A stretch of 61,223 nucleotides of DNA, counting the filler. It is 7 parts of 7 records of this genome, joined end to end, with 100 filler letters (N's around TTAATTAATTAA, not from the genome) between each part and the next. Parts side by side here need not be neighbours in the genome. Positions count along the whole stretch, not along the records: positions 28,357 to 35,698 come from SRR31156797_52972; positions 35,799 to 48,370 come from SRR31156797_53000; 5 more parts are not named here. One strand, given 5' to 3'. Positions 30,450 through 40,152 of this stretch are shown one piece after another. Both the position numbers and the translations under genes were made by a program. The first letter of the stretch is position 1; every line of letters starts with the position of its first letter. Below the pieces are notes generated by a model that was given only the letters and a program-made list of their open reading frames with translations, was not told the origin of the DNA and ran no database searches.

Positions 30450-32981
30450 ATGGTTGGTTTAGTTTTTGTATCCCACAGTGCCAAACTGGCTGAAGGGGTA
30501 AAAGAGATAGCGGAACAAATGACCCGGGGTCAGGGCATGATTGCAGTGGCCGCCGGCATTGACGACCCGAAAAACTCCTTTGGCACCGATCCCATCAAAG
30601 TGCTGGCCGCCATTGAATCTGTTTACAGTGAAGACGGCGTACTGGTACTCATGGACCTGGGCAGTGCCCTGCTCAGTGCAGAGATGGCCCTTGAATTTCT
30701 TGATCCTAAACAGGCGAAAAATGTTAAACTGTGTGCGGCCCCCTTTGTGGAAGGCGCTGTTGCCGCCGCGGTCCAGGCATCAATTGGTGCAAATCTTGTC
30801 GATGTTATGAACGAGGCCTTAAACGCCTGTATGGCAAAGGAAAAACAGCTGGCCCAGCTAAGCGTCATTGCGCCGCCCCTTGCCCCTTCGCCCTCCCAAG
30901 CCTTGACGATATCTTATGATGAAGAAATTAAGCTGGCCCTGACCATTCTCAACCGTAACGGTTTGCATGCCCGCCCGGCGGCCAATTTTGTTAAAGCCGC
31001 AAACCTCTACCAGGCAGACATTACAGTCACAAAAGGGACAAAAACAGCCAATGCCAAAAGCATTAATCAAATGACTATCCTGGGTGCAGGCCGGGGCGAT
31101 CAAATTGAAGTCAGGGCATCCGGGCCCCAGGCGCGCCAGGCGATAGATGTCCTGAAAACCCTGGCTGAAAACAGATTCGGAGAAAAATACGAAAAGATTT
31201 CGCCTATAACGTCTGCAAAAAAAGCATTGCGTACCGATACCCGGGAAAATGCCCAAGGGGCAATTGCAGGCATTCCGGTGTCTCCCGGCATTGCGGTTGG
31301 TCCTGTGGCTCATTATAGTTCCCGGCTGCCCGAAGTTAAGACCAGACAGATCCAGGACACCCAGTCTGAAATTAAAAAACTTCAGGCGGCGCTAACCCGG
31401 GCCGGACAGGATCTTGAGCAATTAAAAAACCAGGCTGCCCAAAAAATTGGTGATACAAAAGCGGCTATTTTTGATGCCCAGAAAATGTTTCTGGATGATC
31501 CGGCCCTGCTGGATGCGGTGCAGGACCGCATATTGGGCAGGCAGTGCAATGCAGAATCGGCCTGGCTGGCATCCATAGACGCCATGGTCCAGGAATACCG
31601 CAAACTTGAAACGCCCTTTCTTCGTGAACAGGCCACCGATGTCATTGATGTCGGCCGACGTGTGTTAAGACAACTTATCGACCAGGATCTGCCGGCGTTG
31701 AAATTTGCACAGCCCGCCATCTTGTTTGCAGAAGAGTTAACCCCGTCGGACACGATTCAACTGAACCCGGATAACGTCCTGGGCATTTGCACAGTCTTGG
31801 GCAGCGGCACCTCCCACAGCGCCATTTTTGCCAAGGCTTTAGGAATTCCGACGGTTGTGGGTTTAGGTTGTAATATGCTCTCATTGCCGGAAAACGAAAT
31901 CATTGCCCTGGATGGCACCCTGGGATTGGTCTGGCCCCATCCCACAAAAACCCAGCTGACAGAATTTAAGACACGGCGTGATGCGTGGCAAAACCAACAG
32001 CAGCAGGCCAAAGCCCTTGCCCAGGCACCTGCATCCACCATGGGCCAATACTCCAGAACCATTAAAATCGTTGCCAATAGCGGCCCCCATGATACAAAAA
32101 CAATTCTGGATTATGGTGCCGAAGGTGTGGGATTGTTCAGAACGGAATTTCTGTTTTTAGGACGGTTACAGGCACCTTCCGAAGAGGAACAATTGCGGGC
32201 CTATACCCAGATGGCCAATACAATGCAGAGCCGTCCCCTGGTTATCCGCACCCTTGACATCGGCGCAGATAAAACTGTTCCCTACCTGGACATAGTCCCG
32301 GAAAACAACCCGTTCCTTGGCTTAAGGGGTATCCGTTTTTGCCTTGCACACCTGGATATTTTTAAAACTCAGTTGCGGGCCATCCTTAAAGCAAGTCCCG
32401 GCCACAATATCAAAATTATGTTTCCCATGATCAGTACCCCGGAAGAATTCTGTGAAGCCAAAGCTGTTCTGGATGAGGTAAAACAGGAACTGAAAACAGC
32501 CGGAACGCCTTTTGAAGAAAATATGGAAGTGGGGCTCATGGTTGAGGTACCGTCTGCCGTGGCCGTTGCAGACCAACTGGCCGGTAAAGCAGATTTTTTC
32601 AGCATAGGTTCCAATGATTTGACCCAGTATCTTATGGGCGCGGACCGTGGTAACCGGAAGGTCAGTCACCTGGTCAATGCCCTGAATCCGGCGGTGCTCA
32701 GAATGGTGGCCCAAACCGCCAAGGCAGCGCGTAAGGCAGGAATATGGGTGGGCATGTGCGGGGAACTGGCCGGAAATCCTCTGGCAACACCGGTGCTCAT
32801 TGGTTTGGGATTGGATGAACTGAGTATGAGTGCACCCAATATCCCCGGCGTAAAAAATACGATCCGCCACTGCACCATGTACCAGGCAGAAAAGATGGCC
32901 CAAGCGGTTTTAAATTTCGAAACTGCGCAACAGGTCGAAGCGTACTTAAAATCAAACATGGATATTGATCCCAATCCATAG
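30450..32981 (+). CDS. dhaM: Multiphosphoryl transfer protein: DhaM(EIIA)-HPr-enzyme I fusion
   Basis: VFVSHS and DLGSA (DhaM), GLHARPA and NAKSI (HPr), TSHSAI, GVGLFRTEF, RTLDIG, NPFLGLRGIR, MCGE (complete EI). Confidence 0.9.
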   Translation: MVGLVFVSHSAKLAEGVKEIAEQMTRGQGMIAVAAGIDDPKNSFGTDPIKVLAAIESVYSEDGVLVLMDLGSALLSAEMALEFLDPKQAKNVKLCAAPFVEGAVAAAVQASIGANLVDVMNEALNACMAKEKQLAQLSVIAPPLAPSPSQALTISYDEEIKLALTILNRNGLHARPAANFVKAANLYQADITVTKGTKTANAKSINQMTILGAGRGDQIEVRASGPQARQAIDVLKTLAENRFGEKYEKISPITSAKKALRTDTRENAQGAIAGIPVSPGIAVGPVAHYSSRLPEVKTRQIQDTQSEIKKLQAALTRAGQDLEQLKNQAAQKIGDTKAAIFDAQKMFLDDPALLDAVQDRILGRQCNAESAWLASIDAMVQEYRKLETPFLREQATDVIDVGRRVLRQLIDQDLPALKFAQPAILFAEELTPSDTIQLNPDNVLGICTVLGSGTSHSAIFAKALGIPTVVGLGCNMLSLPENEIIALDGTLGLVWPHPTKTQLTEFKTRRDAWQNQQQQAKALAQAPASTMGQYSRTIKIVANSGPHDTKTILDYGAEGVGLFRTEFLFLGRLQAPSEEEQLRAYTQMANTMQSRPLVIRTLDIGADKTVPYLDIVPENNPFLGLRGIRFCLAHLDIFKTQLRAILKASPGHNIKIMFPMISTPEEFCEAKAVLDEVKQELKTAGTPFEENMEVGLMVEVPSAVAVADQLAGKADFFSIGSNDLTQYLMGADRGNRKVSHLVNALNPAVLRMVAQTAKAARKAGIWVGMCGELAGNPLATPVLIGLGLDELSMSAPNIPGVKNTIRHCTMYQAEKMAQAVLNFETAQQVEAYLKSNMDIDPNP

Positions 32982-33038
32982 AAACCGCACCAGGCAGTGA
33001 GCTTGATAGGATCAAAGAAAAAACTGTTAAAAAACAGA

Positions 33039-33067
33039 TTGCACGGAACCACCCCATACACTAAAAT
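33039..33067 (+). promoter_or_regulatory. Sigma70-like promoter for the TPR gene
   Basis: TTGCAC-17 nt-TAAAAT; SD AGGAGG before ATG 33106. Confidence 0.55.
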
Positions 33068-33105
33068 AGTTTAAAATAATAAGGCCAACCGTTCAGGAGG
33101 ACAAC

Positions 33106-35382
33106 ATGAGCCGTTTTTTATCTTTTTTTTTAATTCTGATTCTCGTTCTTGGAGGCTGCACTTCTGACCAGCAAAATGCTGAGACCTATATCCAGGAAGG
33201 AAAAGCATATTTTGGAGAGCAGGAATACGCCAAGGCTGAAATACAGCTGAAAAACGCGATCAGTCTGATGCCGGATTCAGCAGAGGCATACCATCTTCTG
33301 GCCCGCACCTACATGGAGGAAAAAAAGGCCCAGGAGGCTTTTGGGGTATTTTTACGGCTGGAAGAACTGGAGCCGGACAATCTTGATACCAAACTCCAGC
33401 TGGCCTCGTTCTATTTTCTGGCCAAAAAATGGCATGAAGCAGAAAAAAAAGTGACACAAGTCCTTACTGCTGCCCCGAACAACATTAAAGGACTCTATCT
33501 GAAAGCCGGAATCCTGGGCAGCAAAAAAGAGACATTGGAGACCCTGGCGGGCATCTATGAACAAATTCTGGCGCTGGATTCCCAACAGACCAGAGCCATG
33601 CTGATCCTTGCAAGGATCTATCAGACCCAGAAGGATTCTGCCAAAGCCGAAGCCATGCTGAAAAAAGCCCTTGAAACGGCACCGGATGACTTGAACATTA
33701 ACCGGGCTGTGTTCAGGTATTACCTGGCCCAAAAGGCATATGATAAAGCCCAGACGGTTCTTGAAGCCCTGGTGGATCAAAAACCGGAGGCGGTTGAACC
33801 CAGGATCATGCTGGCCAACTTCCAGGCCGGGCAGAACGAAAACAGCCTTGCAGAACAATCCTTTTTAAAAGCCATTGAACTGGCCCCGGACAACCCTTTA
33901 CCCTACATGCTCATTGCCCGGTTCTACAATGCCAATGAACAGCCGGACAAGGCAGAGGGGTTTATCAAAAAAGCCCTGGCCATCCATCCGGAACATGCCG
34001 GCTTGAAAACCGCGTATGCAAATTTTTATTTCCTTCACCAGGAATATGAAAAATCCGAAAAAATAACTGATGATGTATTGGCAGTCCGCCCTGACTTTCC
34101 CCAGGCAAAAGTTCTTAAAGCAAAACTTTTGACCACACGGAACAAATTGGGTCAGGCCAAGCAAATTTTGCTATCCTTGTTGGAAGAGGAACCGGATTCA
34201 GCCCGGTACAATTTTTTGATGGGATCTGTGCTCTTGAAAGACAGAAAAACAGACCAGGCCATGGCTTATATTGCCAAAACTCTGGAAAAGAATCCATTTC
34301 ACCTCAAGGCAAGAATCATCATGGCGGATATCTATTTCAAACAGGCCGACTATTTCCTGGCCGAGTCTGAAATTGACAAGGCGTTAAAACAGAGGCCTAA
34401 AAACTATGAGGCCCTTTTGCTGAAGGGAAATCTTTACGCAGCCCAGCAGGAAAGACAAAAAGCCCAGGCTGTTTATGAGGCGTTGATCCAGGACCATCCC
34501 GAAAATCCAGCGGCCCTGTTCAGGCTGGGCAATCTTTTTATCGTGGACAAAAAGCCAAACCAGGCATTGGCCCTCTATGACAAAGCCCTGGTCATTAACC
34601 CAAACCTGATGGATGTTTTTATCAACATGGTCCGGCTGTACAGTTCCGAAAAAGAGTATCAGACAGCCCTTGACAGGTGTGATGCCCATCTTGAAGCCCT
34701 GCAGGCCCCCTCGCCTGTTGTGGTCTCCATTATCCAAGGGCTCAGGGGAAACCTTTTCATGGCCCTTGGAAAGTCGGATGCTGCAAAGCAAGCCTTTGAA
34801 CTGTCCATCCAGTCCAATCCTAAATTTACTCAACCCTACCTTGCCTTGGCCAGGGTGTACCACCAGGAAGAAAATAGTCAAAAAGAGCTTGAAATCTATC
34901 AAAATCTGCTGAGCCAGCGGCCGGAGCAGATCGAGCCCCATTTCCAACTTGGGCTGTTTTACGAAAAAAGGGGTGAAAATGAACAGGCAAAGGCCCATTA
35001 CGAAAAAATCCTTGAGCTAAATCCGGAATACATTCCGGCCTTAAACAACCTGGCTTTTTTCTATGCCGAACAAAATATTGAGATTAACAAAGCTCTGGAT
35101 CTGGCCAGAAAGGCTAAGGAACTCAGCGGGGAAATTCCGGCCATCATGGATACCCTGGGCTGGATCTACTACAAAAAAGAGCTCTATGATTCCGCCATTC
35201 AAGAGTTCTCAAACTGCATTGAAAAAGCACCAGAAAACCCGATTTTCAACTTTCATATAGGCCTGGCCTACAACAAAAAATGGGATTACATCAATGCTAA
35301 AAAATACCTGAAAAAGGCACTTGAACTAAAAAAAGACTTTAAAGGGGCGGATGAGGCAAAAAAAATCCTTGAACAAATTTGA
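33106..35382 (+). CDS. TPR-repeat lipoprotein (PrsT-like)
   Basis: Lipobox LGGC, continuous TPRs, ALNNLA and DTLGWIYY near the C-terminus. Confidence 0.85.
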   Translation: MSRFLSFFLILILVLGGCTSDQQNAETYIQEGKAYFGEQEYAKAEIQLKNAISLMPDSAEAYHLLARTYMEEKKAQEAFGVFLRLEELEPDNLDTKLQLASFYFLAKKWHEAEKKVTQVLTAAPNNIKGLYLKAGILGSKKETLETLAGIYEQILALDSQQTRAMLILARIYQTQKDSAKAEAMLKKALETAPDDLNINRAVFRYYLAQKAYDKAQTVLEALVDQKPEAVEPRIMLANFQAGQNENSLAEQSFLKAIELAPDNPLPYMLIARFYNANEQPDKAEGFIKKALAIHPEHAGLKTAYANFYFLHQEYEKSEKITDDVLAVRPDFPQAKVLKAKLLTTRNKLGQAKQILLSLLEEEPDSARYNFLMGSVLLKDRKTDQAMAYIAKTLEKNPFHLKARIIMADIYFKQADYFLAESEIDKALKQRPKNYEALLLKGNLYAAQQERQKAQAVYEALIQDHPENPAALFRLGNLFIVDKKPNQALALYDKALVINPNLMDVFINMVRLYSSEKEYQTALDRCDAHLEALQAPSPVVVSIIQGLRGNLFMALGKSDAAKQAFELSIQSNPKFTQPYLALARVYHQEENSQKELEIYQNLLSQRPEQIEPHFQLGLFYEKRGENEQAKAHYEKILELNPEYIPALNNLAFFYAEQNIEINKALDLARKAKELSGEIPAIMDTLGWIYYKKELYDSAIQEFSNCIEKAPENPIFNFHIGLAYNKKWDYINAKKYLKKALELKKDFKGADEAKKILEQI

Positions 35383-35415
35383 GTATGAGTGCACCCAATT
35401 CATCTATTATCTTTG

Positions 35416-35698
35416 TTAGATTGAGTGCACTCGAAACAGCTTTAAGTCGGCAAGGTCTTCCCATTGGGGCAATCTTGCGTTTGGCCCTTCAATTTTGACC
35501 AGAGGTGGTTCTTTATCTGCCAATGCATTGATCTTCTCCCAAAGCGTGATATCGCCCCAGTATTGTGGTGGCGTTTCTCGTGCGGAAACAAATGAAAAAA
35601 TATCCATAGGGGTTTCAAAGCCGGAACAGATTGCCTCAAGCGCTAATTTTTCAAGTTTGCCTAACCCTGTCACTTTATCAGGAAATTCTTCCATCCAA
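35416..35698 (-). CDS. C-terminal part of a DUF1835-like protein (cut by contig end)
   Basis: EEFP...GLGKLEKLALEAI...YWGD. Confidence 0.55.
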
Positions 35699-35798
35699 NN
35701 NNNNNNNNNNNNNNNNNNNNNNNNNNNNNNNNNNNNNNNNNNTTAATTAATTAANNNNNNNNNNNNNNNNNNNNNNNNNNNNNNNNNNNNNNNNNNNN
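35699..35798. other. Artificial contig spacer
   Basis: N run / TTAATTAATTAA / N run. Confidence 0.99.
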
Positions 35799-36273
35799 CG
35801 CCACCATCGAGGCCGCAAGGGCCGGGGAGGCCGGCAAGGGCTTTGTGGTGGTCGCAAACGAGATCAAGGAACTTGCCCGGCAGACGGCCCATGCCACCGA
35901 TGATATCAAAGCCAGGATCCAGGGCATCCAGAACACCACGGAAACCAGTGTGGGGGAAATTGCCGAAATCTCCACCGCCATCAAGGAGGTGAGCGACATG
36001 GTAAAGAACATCGACACCTCCATTGACGAGCAATCCTTGGTCACCAATGAGATCGCCACCAATATCGGCCAGGTGGCCGGCGGCATCGACGACGTCACCG
36101 AAAATGTCAACCAGAGCTCGGACGCCGCGTCAAGGATTTCCACCGATATCAACGGGGTGAACGCCTCCACCCAAAGGATGTCCAACAGCGGCGGAGAGGT
36201 GAAGCACAGCGCCGAGCAACTGCGCGAACTTGCGGACAAACTCCAGGACGCCGTGGGCAGCTTCAAAATCTAA
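35799..36273 (+). CDS. Methyl-accepting chemotaxis protein, C-terminal part
   Basis: ATIEAARAGEAGKGFVVVANEIKELARQT signalling hairpin. Confidence 0.93.
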
Positions 36274-36290
36274 CCCGGGTGCGTGATCGG

Positions 36291-36332
36291 TCCCCATGAA
36301 GGTTGCTAACCCCATGTCAGCCTTCATGGGGA
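36291..36332. repeat. Long hairpin downstream of the MCP gene
   Basis: TCCCCATGAAGGTTG...CAGCCTTCATGGGGA; a second stem GTGCCGGTT...AACCGGCAC at 36354-36384. Confidence 0.6.
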
Positions 36333-36422
36333 TTGCGGGGACGAAAACAGGAAGTGCCGGTTCCGGGGTAAGGTAAACCGGCACGCCATGACCAGGGCCT
36401 TTATTCCCATTTCAATAATTCA

Positions 36423-36794
36423 TATATCCCTGAGGGGGATGAGATATCGGTGACCGAGCGGGAGTTTCACCATGCCCTTTCACTAGGTAAACCTGTCTTT
36501 GCCTTTATTGTGGATGATGCAAATACGGACCTGACACCCGGTCTGGGAGAGGATGACGGCAGTGCAGAAGCACAGGCAAAACAGAACAAGCTTGAGGAAT
36601 TTATCGGCCGGATAAATACCGCCCTGGTAAGGGAGCGATTTAAATCGCCTGAAGACCTGAAAGCCAATGTCCTTGCCTCCCTGTCCCGCTTGCAAGGTGG
36701 CTACATAGGAGTGGATTTCTTTCCCGGCAACAGGAAGACCATGAAACCGCATTTGTCTTTTTTCTTCGCGCCTTTTGTCTCTTTGTCCGACTGA
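36423..36794 (+). pseudogene. DUF4062-like domain fragment
   Basis: YIPEGDEISVTEREFHHALSLGKPVFAF...FKSPEDLKANVLASL; no start codon upstream in frame, N-terminal half of the domain missing. Confidence 0.55.
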
Positions 36795-37288
36795 AAGCTC
36801 CCGATGCAGAACAGATCCTGAATGATCTTTTATAGGTGGCACGCCAGCAAAAGGACGAGTGGGAAGGCTGGGTGAAAATATGTTTATTGAGTATTTAAAA
36901 AATAAAATCGGACAGGAAATTTCCAAAGAGTTACTGGTTTTTTAAAGGAGTATGTCGTCATCTGAAGATCAATCTAAGTAAAAAACAGATGCGGAACAAC
37001 CATGGCCTTGAATGTGTTTGAGCAATGCCTTTAAAAAAAAATATGTGCCCCTTTGAGGGGAGACATTGGCGGAAAACAGCACATGTATGACTAAATGTAG
37101 AAAAGAGCGTGCGGTATCCATATTAATGATATTACTACCTTAGATGCTGAAGAAACAATCCACGTCATAGAACAGTCAGGTGGCATTCTGAGGGGGAGGG
37201 GGAAGATGGGGCCCGCAGAGATTTTAACTCTCCTCTGCGGGCATTCTTAAGCTCTATGGCCTGACGGAATTCTCATGCGTCCTTGGCG

Positions 37289-37834
37289 TCAGGCGTATGA
37301 AACCTGGCACTCCATGAGCAGGGCCTCGGAGAGAAGGATACGCTGGGGCAGGTCCTGCTGGGGAAACGCTTCCTCAATGAACAGGTTGTTTACGGCGGCC
37401 AGGAGCGTATTGAGCTGTTCCAGATCCAGGCAAAAGGCCTGCTCCGGTTTCTTTCCCGTGGTGAAATTCAACGGGCAGTGGTCCAGGCGGGTGCCGGATG
37501 CCGTTGTCACCAGGATGGGCAGGCCGTGGGTCCTGCAGATGGTGGGCCGATGATGGTACATGAGGCAGACGCCATCCTCAAGAAGGGGGCATGGGCCGTC
37601 CGCATCGGTGGCCTGGGCCCGGCGGCGGATTTTTTCCCGGGTCTCCGGGGGCAGGGTGTCCAGGGCCATGCTGATGGCCAGGGCCTCCACGGGAAAGAGG
37701 GAGAGGTGGCGGCAGCAACTGCTGCACCCCTTTTGGCAGGCCAGGGATTCCGGGTAGTGGTTTTCCATTGCCTGGCAGAAATTGTCGATCTTTGTTACCA
37801 GGTTGTGGTAGTTTGAGAGAAGGGATTGTTCCAA
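37289..37834 (-). CDS. YkgJ-family cysteine cluster (CxxCxxCC) protein
   Basis: CQKGCSSCC, CPLLEDGVCLMYHHRPTICRTHGLP; TTG start at 37834 with SD GGAG. Confidence 0.85.
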   Translation of the reverse strand: MEQSLLSNYHNLVTKIDNFCQAMENHYPESLACQKGCSSCCRHLSLFPVEALAISMALDTLPPETREKIRRRAQATDADGPCPLLEDGVCLMYHHRPTICRTHGLPILVTTASGTRLDHCPLNFTTGKKPEQAFCLDLEQLNTLLAAVNNLFIEEAFPQQDLPQRILLSEALLMECQVSYA

Positions 37835-38169
37835 AATAGACTCCGTTTCACGGTTAATGGGTCCTGCCGTGAATTCATGGCTTTCGGTTCGGAATCCATG
37901 TGACTGTCCTTGGGGGCCTGCCCGGGGCAAGGCTCTGCCAAAGGATTGTTTCCGGTTATGATACTGTAATTGAGTTTTGGAACCGGGGATTGGACTGGAA
38001 GAACGTGGTGCATGAAACTCACTGCTGATGGTTAAATTGTGTATCATACCAGGATTGGCCGTAAAAATCAAAACCGTACAGGATCTCGGACAGGGCAAAG
38101 GTGTCTCCTTTGGTGCAACCTCGGAAGAGAGAGTTGCCTTCATGTTCATAAAGATGAAAAGGGCATCAT

Positions 38170-39285
38170 ATGAAGAAAAGCATTGTTCTTATTTTGGGCG
38201 GTTACGGAGGCGTAGGAAAGTCACTTGCACGGTTGATTTTGAAAGAAACGGATGTTGAGTTGATAATTGCCGGTCGCCGGGAGGAAAAAGCCGGGGAGTT
38301 CGCCAGGGTTTTAAGTAAAGAATACTTGGGCAACCGGGTTACCTCAAGATATGCGGACGCATCGGATTCAAGCAGCATGTCAATAGCCTTTCGGGGTGTG
38401 GATATGGTAATTGTTTCGGCTACAACGCCTCAATATCTTGGGCAGATAGCCAAGGCTGCCCTGAGTGCCGGAAGTGATTATCTGGATCTTCTGGTTCGGC
38501 AGGACACGATTCCCTTACTCAAGGCTTTATCTCCGGAAGTAGCAAAAGCTGGCCGGGTGTTCATTACCCAGGCGGGGTTTCATCCGGGATTGCCTGCTGT
38601 TTTTATCCGGCAGGGGGCGCGACATTTTGATGATTATCGGAAAGCCGTAATCAGTATGGCAATGAATGCACGGTTTGAAAAATCCGAATCAACCCATGAG
38701 ATTATCCATGAGATTGGAGAATTCAATACGGAAATCTGCACGGATGGAAAATGGCGAACGGCTGACTATAAGGATGCCATCAAGGTTGATTTCGGTTCAA
38801 TATTCGGTATTAAACAATGTTTTCCGCTTCAGATGGCTGAAATCAAGCCGCTTCAGGAAAGGTTGGCTTTAAAGGAAACAGGTGTCTATGTGGCGGGGTT
38901 CAATTGGTTCGTGGATAATTTCGTCTTTCCACTTATAATGCTTGTTCAAATGATCAAAAAAGGCATGGGCGTGAATTTCCTCGGGAAGCTGATGTGCTGG
39001 GGGGTGAATACTTTTTCATCGTCAGACCGGGGCGTTGTTATGGTCCTTGATGCAGAAGGTGAAAACGAAGGGAAACCGGTCAAGCTTAAAATTGTTGCCG
39101 AACATAGTGACGTTTACTATTTCACGGCGGCTCCAATCGTTGCCTGCTTAAAGCAGTATTTTGACGGTGCCTTGAATAAACCGGGGGTGTGGCTGATGGG
39201 GGATTTTGTGGATAATTATCGTCTGCTGAAAGATATGGCGACTATGGGGATAAAAATAGTTCAAAGTCCTCAGGGAGCATTGTAA
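38170..39285 (+). CDS. Saccharopine dehydrogenase-like NADP-binding oxidoreductase
   Basis: Rossmann ILGGYGGVG, AGRR, AGFHPGLP. Confidence 0.8.
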   Translation: MKKSIVLILGGYGGVGKSLARLILKETDVELIIAGRREEKAGEFARVLSKEYLGNRVTSRYADASDSSSMSIAFRGVDMVIVSATTPQYLGQIAKAALSAGSDYLDLLVRQDTIPLLKALSPEVAKAGRVFITQAGFHPGLPAVFIRQGARHFDDYRKAVISMAMNARFEKSESTHEIIHEIGEFNTEICTDGKWRTADYKDAIKVDFGSIFGIKQCFPLQMAEIKPLQERLALKETGVYVAGFNWFVDNFVFPLIMLVQMIKKGMGVNFLGKLMCWGVNTFSSSDRGVVMVLDAEGENEGKPVKLKIVAEHSDVYYFTAAPIVACLKQYFDGALNKPGVWLMGDFVDNYRLLKDMATMGIKIVQSPQGAL

Positions 39286-39416
39286 TTGTTGCGGGAATAG
39301 TTTATTCATTTTGTCAGCCGGGTGAAATACAACCGCATGGGGTGGAACTGAAAAACGCAAGCGACAGGCTGGCTCGGAAGCAAAAAACGTCGTCCAAATG
39401 CCGAGGAAGGAATACA

Positions 39417-40097
39417 ATGAGATACGCATTCTTAATAATTGGGTTGTCAGTTGTTTTTGCTTGCATCGGCCAGGCGGAAACGATGGGGAAAATTGTGACC
39501 GGCGCCTATGGGGAAATCAGTAATAAGACAAGATATAATACGGAAATGCTGGAAACCTATTTTGCCCCGACATACAAAAATGGGGAAAACACCGGCAGGG
39601 CGGTATATCCGAACGGTGACGTCAATCCAAAAGAAGGTATCTGCGCCGATCTGGTGGTGAGGGCGCTTAGGAATGCAGGTATTGATTTGCAGGAATTGGT
39701 CCATGGGGATATTCTATCAAACAGGAAAGCATATGGCGTTAAAACCCCGGACAAGTATATTGATCAACGAAGGGTCTGGATACTGAAAACGTTTTTCAGG
39801 CGAAAGTGGAAAAGCCTGTCAACCCGGGTCGACCGGCCGGGCGATTGGCAACCCGGGGATATCGTTATCTGGGATGTCGGATCAAACATACATTTTCACA
39901 TTGGCATTGTCGGAAAAAAGAAACGTCGCGATGGCTTCCCGTATGTCATACACAATATGAGCTATATTCCTTTTGTCTTTCCAGGGAGAACGATTGAACA
40001 GGACGTGCTTGAAGGTCCGAAATTGCTTTGGTTTTCTTTGAGTAAATGGAAAATAGTTGGTCATTATCGTATTAAGCAAATTGCCCTTTCGGAATAA
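39417..40097 (+). CDS. DUF1287 (YijF-like) secreted protein
   Basis: Signal peptide MRYAFLII, YPNGDV, GICADLVVRALR, DLQELVH, WQPGDIV, HIGIV. Confidence 0.82.
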   Translation: MRYAFLIIGLSVVFACIGQAETMGKIVTGAYGEISNKTRYNTEMLETYFAPTYKNGENTGRAVYPNGDVNPKEGICADLVVRALRNAGIDLQELVHGDILSNRKAYGVKTPDKYIDQRRVWILKTFFRRKWKSLSTRVDRPGDWQPGDIVIWDVGSNIHFHIGIVGKKKRRDGFPYVIHNMSYIPFVFPGRTIEQDVLEGPKLLWFSLSKWKIVGHYRIKQIALSE

Positions 40098-40152
40098 CCG
40101 GTTTCCGGGGGCGGGACTTCAATTATCCATGTAGGAAAAGGAGGAAATTTTC

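Larger units (their letters stand above)
32821..35399 (+). repeat. Exact 20-bp direct repeat TGAGTATGAGTGCACCCAAT (copies 32821-32840 and 35380-35399)
   Basis: Both copies read directly; flanking bases differ on both sides. Confidence 0.92.

Noticed and set aside
37835..38149. 104-aa N-terminal extension of the YkgJ ORF
   Set aside because: A TTG with SD at 37834 gives a normal-length protein; the extension looks non-coding
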